A stretch of 64,000 nucleotides of DNA from positions 1-64,000 of the IMG/VR virus record IMGVR_UViG_3300001687_000013. One strand, given 5' to 3'. Made by a program: the position numbers and the translations under genes. Positions 45,097 to 53,451 of this stretch are shown piece after piece (within the stretch, counting starts at the first letter, position 1; every line of letters begins with the position of its first letter). The stretch comes from a virus (lineage: Duplodnaviria; Caudoviricetes). The notes beneath the pieces were generated by a model. It made no database searches, was not told where the DNA came from, and was given only the letters and a program-made list of their open reading frames with translations.

Positions 45097-46797
45097 TTAT
45101 TTAGGTATGATTAACCTTATATATTCATTACGCTTATCCAATCTAATTGTACTCATATATGAATTAAGCCCATCAACTTCACTTCTGATTTGTACCTTCA
45201 CATTACGAGTACCAGGATCGACAACTACTGTACCCTCAAATGTATTCCAAGAAGAGTTTGGTTGAGTTATTAATACTTTCTCAATATCATCAATCAGTAT
45301 TCTTGCATATGTTATATTATATGGACTACTTTTAAGTCGAATTTGATAACTCATTATACATATTTCATAAGTTGATACAGTTGCTTTAGTAAATGAATAA
45401 TTCTCATTTACTAAGGTAAACCATTCATCACTATAAGTTTCATAATTGGATGCTGCTCCGAGAGATACCCAACCATATTTTCTACCAACCGAGTCAGTAT
45501 TTACCCAATTTAATGTGAAAGCTGAATTGTCAAAACAATCTACTTGTGCATTAGCTCTTATAAGAGCTAATTCATCCTGTGATTCGTAACTAATAATTAG
45601 ATCACTATTATTAAAAACTGAATATGCAACTCTACTATCAGCATCAGGATCACGACCTATCCACATAGAAAATTGTTCAATAGATCCATTGGAGCATGAG
45701 GCTACACCTATGCTTTTTTCAGGCCCATAAGTCCAGGTATTAGTAGCTGACTTGTCAGGTGAATCCATTATTAATGCTACAGTATCATAACCAGTAGAAA
45801 TTACTTGCTGACCTGAAGCATCAGGTTGGGTTAGTATACCTGATGTTGCACTAACTCCTTTTATAGCTAAATAAGATATATAAAGATTAGTATTTCCAGC
45901 AGTTCTATGTAAAGTAAATCCATCACTATCAAGTGAAGTTAAAGTATAAGAAGTATCAGGATAACTTTTATTCTGAGCTAAAGCTAAACAATTCTCAGTA
46001 GTATATCCTGTGTACTCATCTTCATGAGAAGTGGTATGTTGATTCACAGGAGTTACTGCTACACCATAAATATGCCCACCGTAATTATAATCACCAAAAC
46101 CTTGTGATTGTCCTAATAACATTATCATATCTGGTCTAAATCCTACGTCAGTAATCGATGGACTTGGACTTGTGAGAGTGGCTGATCCTATTTTAATATC
46201 TGTAATACTCGTACCTCCTAATACCAGATAACCTACCATTCTACCATTTCCAGAAGTTGTCCAGTTAATTGTGAATCCGTCACTATTAAAAGATACTATA
46301 GAAGCTTCAGCAATTAAAGACCCCACATTATCTATTAACGAGATACAAGCAGTTGTAATTAATTTGTTACGAGTAGCTGGTTCTACACTTTTCCATGCAG
46401 TAGCAGCAGCAGCTTGATTTACACCATCTGTCCATCCTTTCGAGAAATAGCCATCTACTGAATATCCGGTTGAGGTTTGGTCAACCATCCATAACATTAA
46501 AACTTGAGGCTGAAAAGTTAATCCATTAATTGATTGATTTCCGGTTCCTGATCGTGCAACGAATGTACCAGTTTTAGATTTTAGCTGATATGTAGATCCT
46601 ATGTCAAGAAGATTAGTCCATTCAGTACCTATCGGAGTTTCTAAATCAGGTGTTGATAGACCTTGACCTAAATTCTTATTTCTCCAAGTCTGATCTGATT
46701 CCTGATAAGTTAGGATTTGACCATCTTCAGGAGTTGTTATATTAATATCAGGATGAGTTTCGTCTCCTAAATTATGATTCTTCTCATGAGATGCCAT
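45097..46797 (-). CDS. fibre-like protein with tandem beta repeats
   Basis: DINITTPEDGQILTY...W.N; three repeats of G.F...QSI.G..F.P...DGFT..W. Confidence 0.7.
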   Translation of the reverse strand: MASHEKNHNLGDETHPDINITTPEDGQILTYQESDQTWRNKNLGQGLSTPDLETPIGTEWTNLLDIGSTYQLKSKTGTFVARSGTGNQSINGLTFQPQVLMLWMVDQTSTGYSVDGYFSKGWTDGVNQAAAATAWKSVEPATRNKLITTACISLIDNVGSLIAEASIVSFNSDGFTINWTTSGNGRMVGYLVLGGTSITDIKIGSATLTSPSPSITDVGFRPDMIMLLGQSQGFGDYNYGGHIYGVAVTPVNQHTTSHEDEYTGYTTENCLALAQNKSYPDTSYTLTSLDSDGFTLHRTAGNTNLYISYLAIKGVSATSGILTQPDASGQQVISTGYDTVALIMDSPDKSATNTWTYGPEKSIGVASCSNGSIEQFSMWIGRDPDADSRVAYSVFNNSDLIISYESQDELALIRANAQVDCFDNSAFTLNWVNTDSVGRKYGWVSLGAASNYETYSDEWFTLVNENYSFTKATVSTYEICIMSYQIRLKSSPYNITYARILIDDIEKVLITQPNSSWNTFEGTVVVDPGTRNVKVQIRSEVDGLNSYMSTIRLDKRNEYIRLIIPK

Positions 46798-46809
46798 AAT
46801 AAATTCCTA

Positions 46810-47733
46810 TTAAGTTACTACACCTAATTCTACTGCAAAGTTCTTAAGTCCACCATTTACATTAGACTTAACCATTAGATATAGTTTATCTTTTGTTTGT
46901 GCTTTACCATATGCCCAATCACCATCAGTTGTCAATGTAGCAAAATCACCAACAACAGGTTTATCACCAGCTAAATTGATATCAGCTTTCTTGTGTTGCA
47001 TTCTGGTGTGTTCTGCCTGAGTCATGTGATATCTTTCAGCAGCACTACCACCCTGCAATCCTGCTAAATCATTGTGAGGAATAGCACTACCAGAGCTTAC
47101 CCAACCAGGTACAGAAGCATCATAAATAAACTGTAAATTTTCCTGATAAGCTCCCTCTCCAACTACAGTTGCTTGATCACCATCATTAGGAGATGAAAAA
47201 GTCCAGCCTGTCCCTGTTACATATTGAGCAATCTCATTTTCATGACCATTAAAAATACCACCAGCACTTGAGGCAGTTACAATAACTCGTGAACCATTGG
47301 GTATAGCACCACCAGAATTAGCAACAATCACTACCCAGGAGGTACTTACATATTGAATAATATCATTATTATTATAACCTCCACCCCAATTATTTACTAC
47401 ATAAGCATCCCCTTCTGAAGGGGTTAGAGGAGGAGCACCACTTTGATCTGCATCAGTAATCATACCTTTTAATTTAACAGGTGCCCTATGACCTGCTACT
47501 AATCCATCTACATATCCTTTAGAGGTAGCCTTATCTGACCCACCAGGAGTAGAAGGAACACTAATACCTCCACTGGCATCCCTCTGTACAATACTATTTG
47601 CAATAGCAGAAGAACTAAAAGATTTTTCTACTACTGCATCACCCTGACTACCGATCAAAGTATCATTAGTACCAGGAGAGTGATCATCGGAACTATTTAA
47701 ACCATGTTGTTTAAGATGTCCATCAGTTGCCAT
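46810..47733 (-). CDS. fibre-like protein with DUF2793-like repeats
   Basis: ANSIVQRD; KATSKGYVD; PSEGDAY; HNDLAGLQGG..ERYH. Confidence 0.7.
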   Translation of the reverse strand: MATDGHLKQHGLNSSDDHSPGTNDTLIGSQGDAVVEKSFSSSAIANSIVQRDASGGISVPSTPGGSDKATSKGYVDGLVAGHRAPVKLKGMITDADQSGAPPLTPSEGDAYVVNNWGGGYNNNDIIQYVSTSWVVIVANSGGAIPNGSRVIVTASSAGGIFNGHENEIAQYVTGTGWTFSSPNDGDQATVVGEGAYQENLQFIYDASVPGWVSSGSAIPHNDLAGLQGGSAAERYHMTQAEHTRMQHKKADINLAGDKPVVGDFATLTTDGDWAYGKAQTKDKLYLMVKSNVNGGLKNFAVELGVVT

Positions 47734-47745
47734 AAATTACCTTCC

Positions 47746-48531
47746 TTACTTCAACTTACCAAGTTCTACACCTCTTGTATCAGTGCCAGAAACTTGATAT
47801 ATCAATTGTATTCTATCTTTACTTGGTTTCACCCATATTGCCATAAACTCATCATCATTCAATGTAGGAACTAATTCTTGAACATAAACTTTAATTCTCA
47901 GTTCCCCTAATATAGTTGTATGACCCCAAGGATCTACCGATAACTTTCCATTTCTTAAAGCTTCGTCATAATTTCTTTCATGACGTTTAGCGACTGCATC
48001 AACAATATCTGATGCTGATGCTTGATTACCTTCTCCATCATCTATAGATTCAGATTTATCTACGATTCCATCATCATCTGTATCATATACAGACTTCAAC
48101 ATAACGTCTGGTGGAACTGGTGGAACAGAGACTACCCAGTCTGATCCATTATAGTGATATTTGTTACCTTTAGCAGTAACCCAGGTATCCATTCCAACCT
48201 CTGGGGGAGTAACCAACCAAGTTCCAATTGGATCTTGACCTTTTGGATATTCAACATAATCATACATAATTATATGATTATGGAATTCCCCAGTACCAGT
48301 GTAAATATATCGTGATCCAGGTTCAGGATCAGGAGGTAGAGTATCTATCATATCATTAACAGTCTCCTGTCTGTCTCCACCTATCCCAATTCCAAACACA
48401 TAATCAACTAATAAATTAGAATTTTCATAGTCTATTTGTGCTTGAATCTCAGGAGGAATTGGAGCATTAGGATAAGGTTCATCCCACCTAATGGTTTTTC
48501 CCCTTCTACTTATATATGTTCTTTCACCCAT
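47746..48531 (-). CDS. fibre-associated protein with DUF2793-like domain
   Basis: GKTIRW; PEPGSRYI; MLKSVYDTDDDGIVD. Confidence 0.7.
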   Translation of the reverse strand: MGERTYISRRGKTIRWDEPYPNAPIPPEIQAQIDYENSNLLVDYVFGIGIGGDRQETVNDMIDTLPPDPEPGSRYIYTGTGEFHNHIIMYDYVEYPKGQDPIGTWLVTPPEVGMDTWVTAKGNKYHYNGSDWVVSVPPVPPDVMLKSVYDTDDDGIVDKSESIDDGEGNQASASDIVDAVAKRHERNYDEALRNGKLSVDPWGHTTILGELRIKVYVQELVPTLNDDEFMAIWVKPSKDRIQLIYQVSGTDTRGVELGKLK

Positions 48532-48582
48532 AATACCCTACCATATAGAATATATCCTATAATTGTTATAGGTTTTATCCTA

Positions 48583-48945
48583 TTATAAATTAGCAGCTTT
48601 TCTTATCCTCATAGATTTCTTTCGTTTGGCTAATATCTGTGACATTTTACCTTTCATCTTCATCATTCTACGTTTAGCCTTAATAGACATTTGACGTAAT
48701 TTAGAAGAAGGTATTTTTACACAGGAAGCTCCTTTAAGACTATATCCAGGAGGACACTTTTTCTTTTTAATTCTCTTTCCTTTGAGAATTCTTATAACCC
48801 ATTTTGGAGCAACCTCATCTATATTATCCAAATCCACTCCATTATAAGCCTCTTCTACAGAGTTGAAAACTTCGTCTCCTTCCTCTATATCTTCAAAACC
48901 TAATTCATTTATTAAATTAAGTATCTCTTTAACTATTTTACTCAT
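48583..48945 (-). CDS. prohead core protein, T4 gp68-like; leader-bearing
   Basis: MSKIVKEILNLINE; acidic stretch to IDE; very basic C-terminus KKKKCPPGY...ILAKRKKSMRIRKAANL. Confidence 0.55.
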   Translation of the reverse strand: MSKIVKEILNLINELGFEDIEEGDEVFNSVEEAYNGVDLDNIDEVAPKWVIRILKGKRIKKKKCPPGYSLKGASCVKIPSSKLRQMSIKAKRRMMKMKGKMSQILAKRKKSMRIRKAANL

Positions 48946-49142
48946 TAATCTTGATCTCTCTTTTTCCATTTAATATATTTTGCAAAATAGGCACAGGCAC
49001 AAAACCCAACAAACGATCCTAAATTAATCAAAAATCCCGATGGATTATCACAATGATATACTAATTTCTCTACCAACCCAGCCAGCATTAAAGAGGCAGC
49101 AAAACCTTCCACAACAAGAGCAACATAATAGTGTTTGTTCAT
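48945..49142 (-). CDS. small 2-TM membrane protein
   Basis: two hydrophobic segments and a basic tail. Confidence 0.6.
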   Translation of the reverse strand: MNKHYYVALVVEGFAASLMLAGLVEKLVYHCDNPSGFLINLGSFVGFCACAYFAKYIKWKKRDQD

Positions 49143-49168
49143 CTACTTCCAGCCTTTCCCTTCTATCT

Positions 49169-49414
49169 TTATTCCTTGAATTGTTTCATTTTTATTTCTA
49201 CCCACTTAGAACTGCCTTTGAGTAGTCTGAATGCTTTGCCAATGATTTCTCGTGGTACTCTACCAACACTCCCACCATCTTTCTTTTCAGCATCTAAATT
49301 AGGAAACTTGCTGTAATATAAATACTTTTTAGCAAAAACATATTCATCTAATTGGTCTAATATCATAGACCCACATTTTGTTTCAAGTTTTAATGTATAT
49401 CCTTTACTTTCCAT
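49169..49414 (-). CDS. hypothetical protein
   Basis: overlaps upstream gene; start revised to MESKG. Confidence 0.55.
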   Translation of the reverse strand: MESKGYTLKLETKCGSMILDQLDEYVFAKKYLYYSKFPNLDAEKKDGGSVGRVPREIIGKAFRLLKGSSKWVEIKMKQFKE

Positions 49415-49982
49415 GAATTTCACCTAATAACTTGTTCAGTTTCTTTAATTTGTTAAGTTTACTACTATTGACTTGATTTGATAATTCACCAGCTATAATA
49501 TTTTCAATCATAACTTTTACTACATTGTGAATTTGATCTTCCTTAAGACTATTCACCTCAGATAAAATTGTAGTTACTTTACTATCAATTGGCTTAATTT
49601 CAGCATTATTTATAAGATTTATAAGAGAATTAGCTTTTGTTGACTCTATAAGATTTTTTATATTCCAACAATTATTCTCTTTATCCCATACAAATTCACA
49701 AGTCTTACCAACATCATCAATAACTTCTTCCATTATTTTACGGGAAGTATATACCCCATTATTATCCATTGTAAGGAGTGAGTCATTAAATTTACTACCT
49801 GGATGATTAATAAGGAATTGTTTCCAATTATTCCAGGAAATATATACAAGATCTTTCTCTTCCCGTCTCGTATTTAATGCCTCATCTATCTTTTCTATTA
49901 TTTTATCACGTTCAGTCTTAAAACCTTTTTCCCTTAGTAAATCCCCTAAATTTGTACCTATACTATCACATTGAATTGTCAT
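49404..49982 (-). CDS. hypothetical protein
   Basis: start revised to MTIQ with GGAG RBS; internal leader-like STKANSLINLIN. Confidence 0.65.
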   Translation of the reverse strand: MTIQCDSIGTNLGDLLREKGFKTERDKIIEKIDEALNTRREEKDLVYISWNNWKQFLINHPGSKFNDSLLTMDNNGVYTSRKIMEEVIDDVGKTCEFVWDKENNCWNIKNLIESTKANSLINLINNAEIKPIDSKVTTILSEVNSLKEDQIHNVVKVMIENIIAGELSNQVNSSKLNKLKKLNKLLGEIHGK

Positions 49983-50349
49983 TATAACTCTCCAATTTCT
50001 CAAACCCCTCAGATTTCATTAAAGTAACATAATCTGTTCCATCTGACAAGAGAAGAGCAGCATTAAATCTACCATATATATCTGGTTTATTCTTTTTTAC
50101 AGATTTCATATAGATTTCTTTACTCTCCAATAACTCTTTTGCCCTATTAGTTGCAGCTTCACCATGAATTTTTTCAGCTTCACATTTTGGTCTCCAAGTT
50201 TCAGGAGCATCATAGTTATAGATCCTAAACCTAATAGGATGCTCTTCATTACCCCAGTATTGACCAAACCCCATATCAACTATTAAATCAACTGTGTCAG
50301 CGTCTACAACACGAACTACTTTTACTTTATAAATATATGGATCAATCAT
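49966..50349 (-). CDS. thermonuclease (SNase-family) protein
   Basis: VVRVVDADTVDL..DMGF...RFR...DAPE...DIYGR. Confidence 0.85.
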   Translation of the reverse strand: MIDPYIYKVKVVRVVDADTVDLIVDMGFGQYWGNEEHPIRFRIYNYDAPETWRPKCEAEKIHGEAATNRAKELLESKEIYMKSVKKNKPDIYGRFNAALLLSDGTDYVTLMKSEGFEKLESYNDNSM

Positions 50350-50351
50350 AC

Positions 50352-50948
50352 TTATGTCCTCAATAATTTTGGATCTAAAACATACTCATTGAGTAAATGT
50401 TCTATTTCCTCATCTACTTTTACTTGAAATTCAGCTTGAGCAACTATTAAACTATAATTAGTCAATTCTTCATCCAGAGTATATATTAAAATATTTACTG
50501 CCCCCAAATGAACAATCCTCTTTCTAATCATTTTTAACTGGGCCATTCTAAAAGAAGCTTGAGCTTTATCTTTTATAGCCTCAGCAGTTTTAGCTCTTGC
50601 TGTTTGTCTAAGAGTTTCTATAAAATTTATATGTATAAGAGGAGAAAGGTCTGCTTGTTTAAGCAAAGACTTAAACCAATTTTTTAAAAGTTGCATTGCA
50701 ACTTCTTTTATTATTTGCTCAGGATTATTTGTACATCCTGTTTCATCATATCTTTTTCTATGTTCTTCATTACTTAAGATAGTGTAAGCTTCATTAATTT
50801 GCTTAAATATCTCTTCAAATTCCTTACCTGCTACATCTGGGTGATATTTTTTACACAGATCCCTGTATGCATGTTTTATCTGATCTTGATCAGCATCTTT
50901 AGGGACTCCTAAAATTTCATAAAATGATCTGTTATTAAATTGTGTCAT
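50352..50948 (-). CDS. J-domain (DnaJ-like) protein
   Basis: YEILGV..DA...IK.AYR.L.KKYHPD...F..INEAY.ILS...R..YD. Confidence 0.9.
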   Translation of the reverse strand: MTQFNNRSFYEILGVPKDADQDQIKHAYRDLCKKYHPDVAGKEFEEIFKQINEAYTILSNEEHRKRYDETGCTNNPEQIIKEVAMQLLKNWFKSLLKQADLSPLIHINFIETLRQTARAKTAEAIKDKAQASFRMAQLKMIRKRIVHLGAVNILIYTLDEELTNYSLIVAQAEFQVKVDEEIEHLLNEYVLDPKLLRT

Positions 50949-51011
50949 AAAACCACCATAATTAAAAGAGGAGGATATGGTTATATAGGCCATATCCCCC
51001 TCTATATTATC

Positions 51012-51320
51012 TTAGTCTGTAGCCAGATAATCTACTTGTATAATATCTGTAGATTCAGGAGCAACAGCAAATGTAATCTGTTTTCCAGAGACACTATAAT
51101 CATCACTGGCCCCCTGCTTCTGTAACAACCCATTTTGAAACAACTGTATGGTTGTTGTTATAGGAGTGTAGGTTAGATTAAAAGCAGTTGTGCTTCCATC
51201 ACCAGTAATTCCTTCAGCAAAAACTTGCCTATAGGCTGTAGCTTTGCCGTCACTATCACCCATCAGAATCCAACCTTCAGCAAGTCGAATCTGACCGTCT
51301 CTAATCCTGGTGATTCCCAT
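51012..51320 (-). CDS. stand-alone fibre adaptor domain protein
   Basis: TRIRDGQI; GDGSTTAFNLTYTP...NGLLQ..G..DDY..SG..ITF..AP. Confidence 0.7.
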   Translation of the reverse strand: MGITRIRDGQIRLAEGWILMGDSDGKATAYRQVFAEGITGDGSTTAFNLTYTPITTTIQLFQNGLLQKQGASDDYSVSGKQITFAVAPESTDIIQVDYLATD

Positions 51321-51336
51321 CTATATCAACTCCTTA

Positions 51337-53235
51337 TTAATCTGAAGCCAAATAAGAGATAAGAATTACATCATTAGTTTCAGGAGCTACTGAAAATGTA
51401 AAAGTCTTAACAGCTAATGTGTAGTCATTTCCCCCACCTTCATTCTGAAGAATACCATTAAGATATACTTCTTCAGAACCAGAGATTGGAGTATAGTCTA
51501 CGGTAAAAGCTGTTGTACTATTATCAGGTGCTTCATTTGGAGCTTCCCTGACAACCCATCTCTTAACGGCACCAGTGCCAGCATTCAATGTAATAGTAAA
51601 TGTTTGTCCATCTATTGCTACATCAGAACTATCAATTGTACAACCATCAATTGTACCACTATCGATATCTACTTTAGAAATATTTACTTCACCTGTTCCG
51701 TCAGGAGTCAAATTAATGTCCCCATCAGTATCGGTAGAAATAATACTATTTCCATTGATATTAATATTATCAATTTGAGCTTCTGTTACAGCAGAGTTTG
51801 TACCCAATGTAACAGCATCAATTTCGCCACCACCAATATCTACTGAAGACATTACAACATCACCAGTTCCCTTAGGAGTAATAGTGATAGAAATATTATC
51901 ATCAGTACCATCGGCTGACAATGTTGTACCAACAAGTGTTACACCAGCAGCAGCAACATTGGTGTCAAAAGTAGTTCCAAGAACTGTACCAGCAGTTACT
52001 TGATTAAATGTTACATCTGCATCAGTTGTTACATCCTGATTGATTGCACCAGAAGTACCTTCAACAGAAAGAGCAGCATTAGCATCTGTACCTATAGATA
52101 ATTTAAGATCCCTTTGAGTACCATTTAGGTTTTCTACTTCAAAGTTAGAATTATCCATAACAATAGCAGTTGCGTTATCTTCAGCAGTAATTGTTACATT
52201 AGCACCATCACCAATAGATAATGCTTCATTTAGTGTTAGGACACGATCTGCACCACCAAGGGCAACTGTCATATCATCACCTGAAGCATCAGTCAATTTT
52301 ACAACTTCACTACTTGATAAAGATGAAATTGCAACTTTACCATAAGTAGCACTGTCAGGAACATCATCTAAGTCAACTTGATTAGCACCTGCTCCCCAGT
52401 CTATATGTGTATCATTGATACCATCAGTATTAACATAAATGGTAGTATCGTCAGCACCAATACTTGTACTTGTTCCAACATTGATAGTATTACCATCTTT
52501 TGTCAAACCTGTACCAGCATTAACCTGTCCTGCACCTGTAAACTGTGTCCATGTACCTGTTGGAACTGTTCCATCAAATACATACCCACCATTCTCATAA
52601 TAACTACCTTCAGCACAAATAATAAGTGCTGAACCATCAGTAGCTTCACCTGTATCTGCACCTGTAAGTGTAGTACCATCAAAATCTACAATCTTACCAT
52701 TATCGGTATTATCTGTATATGGTGCAATTAGAGGAGTACCAGTATCAGGTGCCAAAACTGCCCTTGTACCATCTGCAACCTTGTCAGCTACACCTTCTAC
52801 AATTATAACCCACTCTGAACCATCATCTTCAACTACATCACCAATTGTTACATCTACAGTACCACGAGTCAACTGACCTGCTTCTGTACATACATAAGCA
52901 TCACCAGCAACAGCACCTAACCCATTAAGTGTATCTATATCAGCATTTCCTACAAGGTGTAATACACATGCAGGTGATCTCCACTTCAAACCTGTGATAG
53001 CTGAATCGACATAATTTTTATTTGCAAGTGAGTTAGCTGTACTTGGAACTGCACTTGAGGTAATCTCATAAGTACCACCAAGATCCCAATTTCCTGAAAG
53101 TTCCTGAGTACCATCAGCTTTAAGAACAGTATCAGCAAGTTTTGTTAAGGCAATCCCAGCAGAAGCATTAATTTCTGTATTCGTAATAGTACCAGCAATA
53201 ATCTGCTTATTACCACGAATTTTTGTATTAGCCAT
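51337..53235 (-). CDS. tail fibre-like protein
   Basis: ANKNYVD; WTQFTGAG...AGTGLTKDGN; I.ITP.GTG repeats; C-terminal adaptor domain. Confidence 0.8.
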   Translation of the reverse strand: MANTKIRGNKQIIAGTITNTEINASAGIALTKLADTVLKADGTQELSGNWDLGGTYEITSSAVPSTANSLANKNYVDSAITGLKWRSPACVLHLVGNADIDTLNGLGAVAGDAYVCTEAGQLTRGTVDVTIGDVVEDDGSEWVIIVEGVADKVADGTRAVLAPDTGTPLIAPYTDNTDNGKIVDFDGTTLTGADTGEATDGSALIICAEGSYYENGGYVFDGTVPTGTWTQFTGAGQVNAGTGLTKDGNTINVGTSTSIGADDTTIYVNTDGINDTHIDWGAGANQVDLDDVPDSATYGKVAISSLSSSEVVKLTDASGDDMTVALGGADRVLTLNEALSIGDGANVTITAEDNATAIVMDNSNFEVENLNGTQRDLKLSIGTDANAALSVEGTSGAINQDVTTDADVTFNQVTAGTVLGTTFDTNVAAAGVTLVGTTLSADGTDDNISITITPKGTGDVVMSSVDIGGGEIDAVTLGTNSAVTEAQIDNININGNSIISTDTDGDINLTPDGTGEVNISKVDIDSGTIDGCTIDSSDVAIDGQTFTITLNAGTGAVKRWVVREAPNEAPDNSTTAFTVDYTPISGSEEVYLNGILQNEGGGNDYTLAVKTFTFSVAPETNDVILISYLASD

Positions 53236-53245
53236 ATTTTAATTC

Positions 53246-53437
53246 CTATTTTAATCTTTTTAGAGATAGCACTGCTTGATCATGCTTATAGCAATCACTA
53301 TTAATATAGTCTATCTCCCACTCTCTCAACTCTTTCTCCGTCTCTATAATAAAAACTCCACCATGTTTCTCGACCACAGCACATCCCATAATATACATAT
53401 ATGCTGCAAGACCCAGACTCGTAACCTCTAACCTCAT
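53246..53437 (-). CDS. small DUF5659-like protein
   Basis: T.LGLAAY...G...F; D...LK.LK. Confidence 0.55.
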   Translation of the reverse strand: MRLEVTSLGLAAYMYIMGCAVVEKHGGVFIIETEKELREWEIDYINSDCYKHDQAVLSLKRLK

Positions 53438-53451
53438 CTAAATCTCCCACC

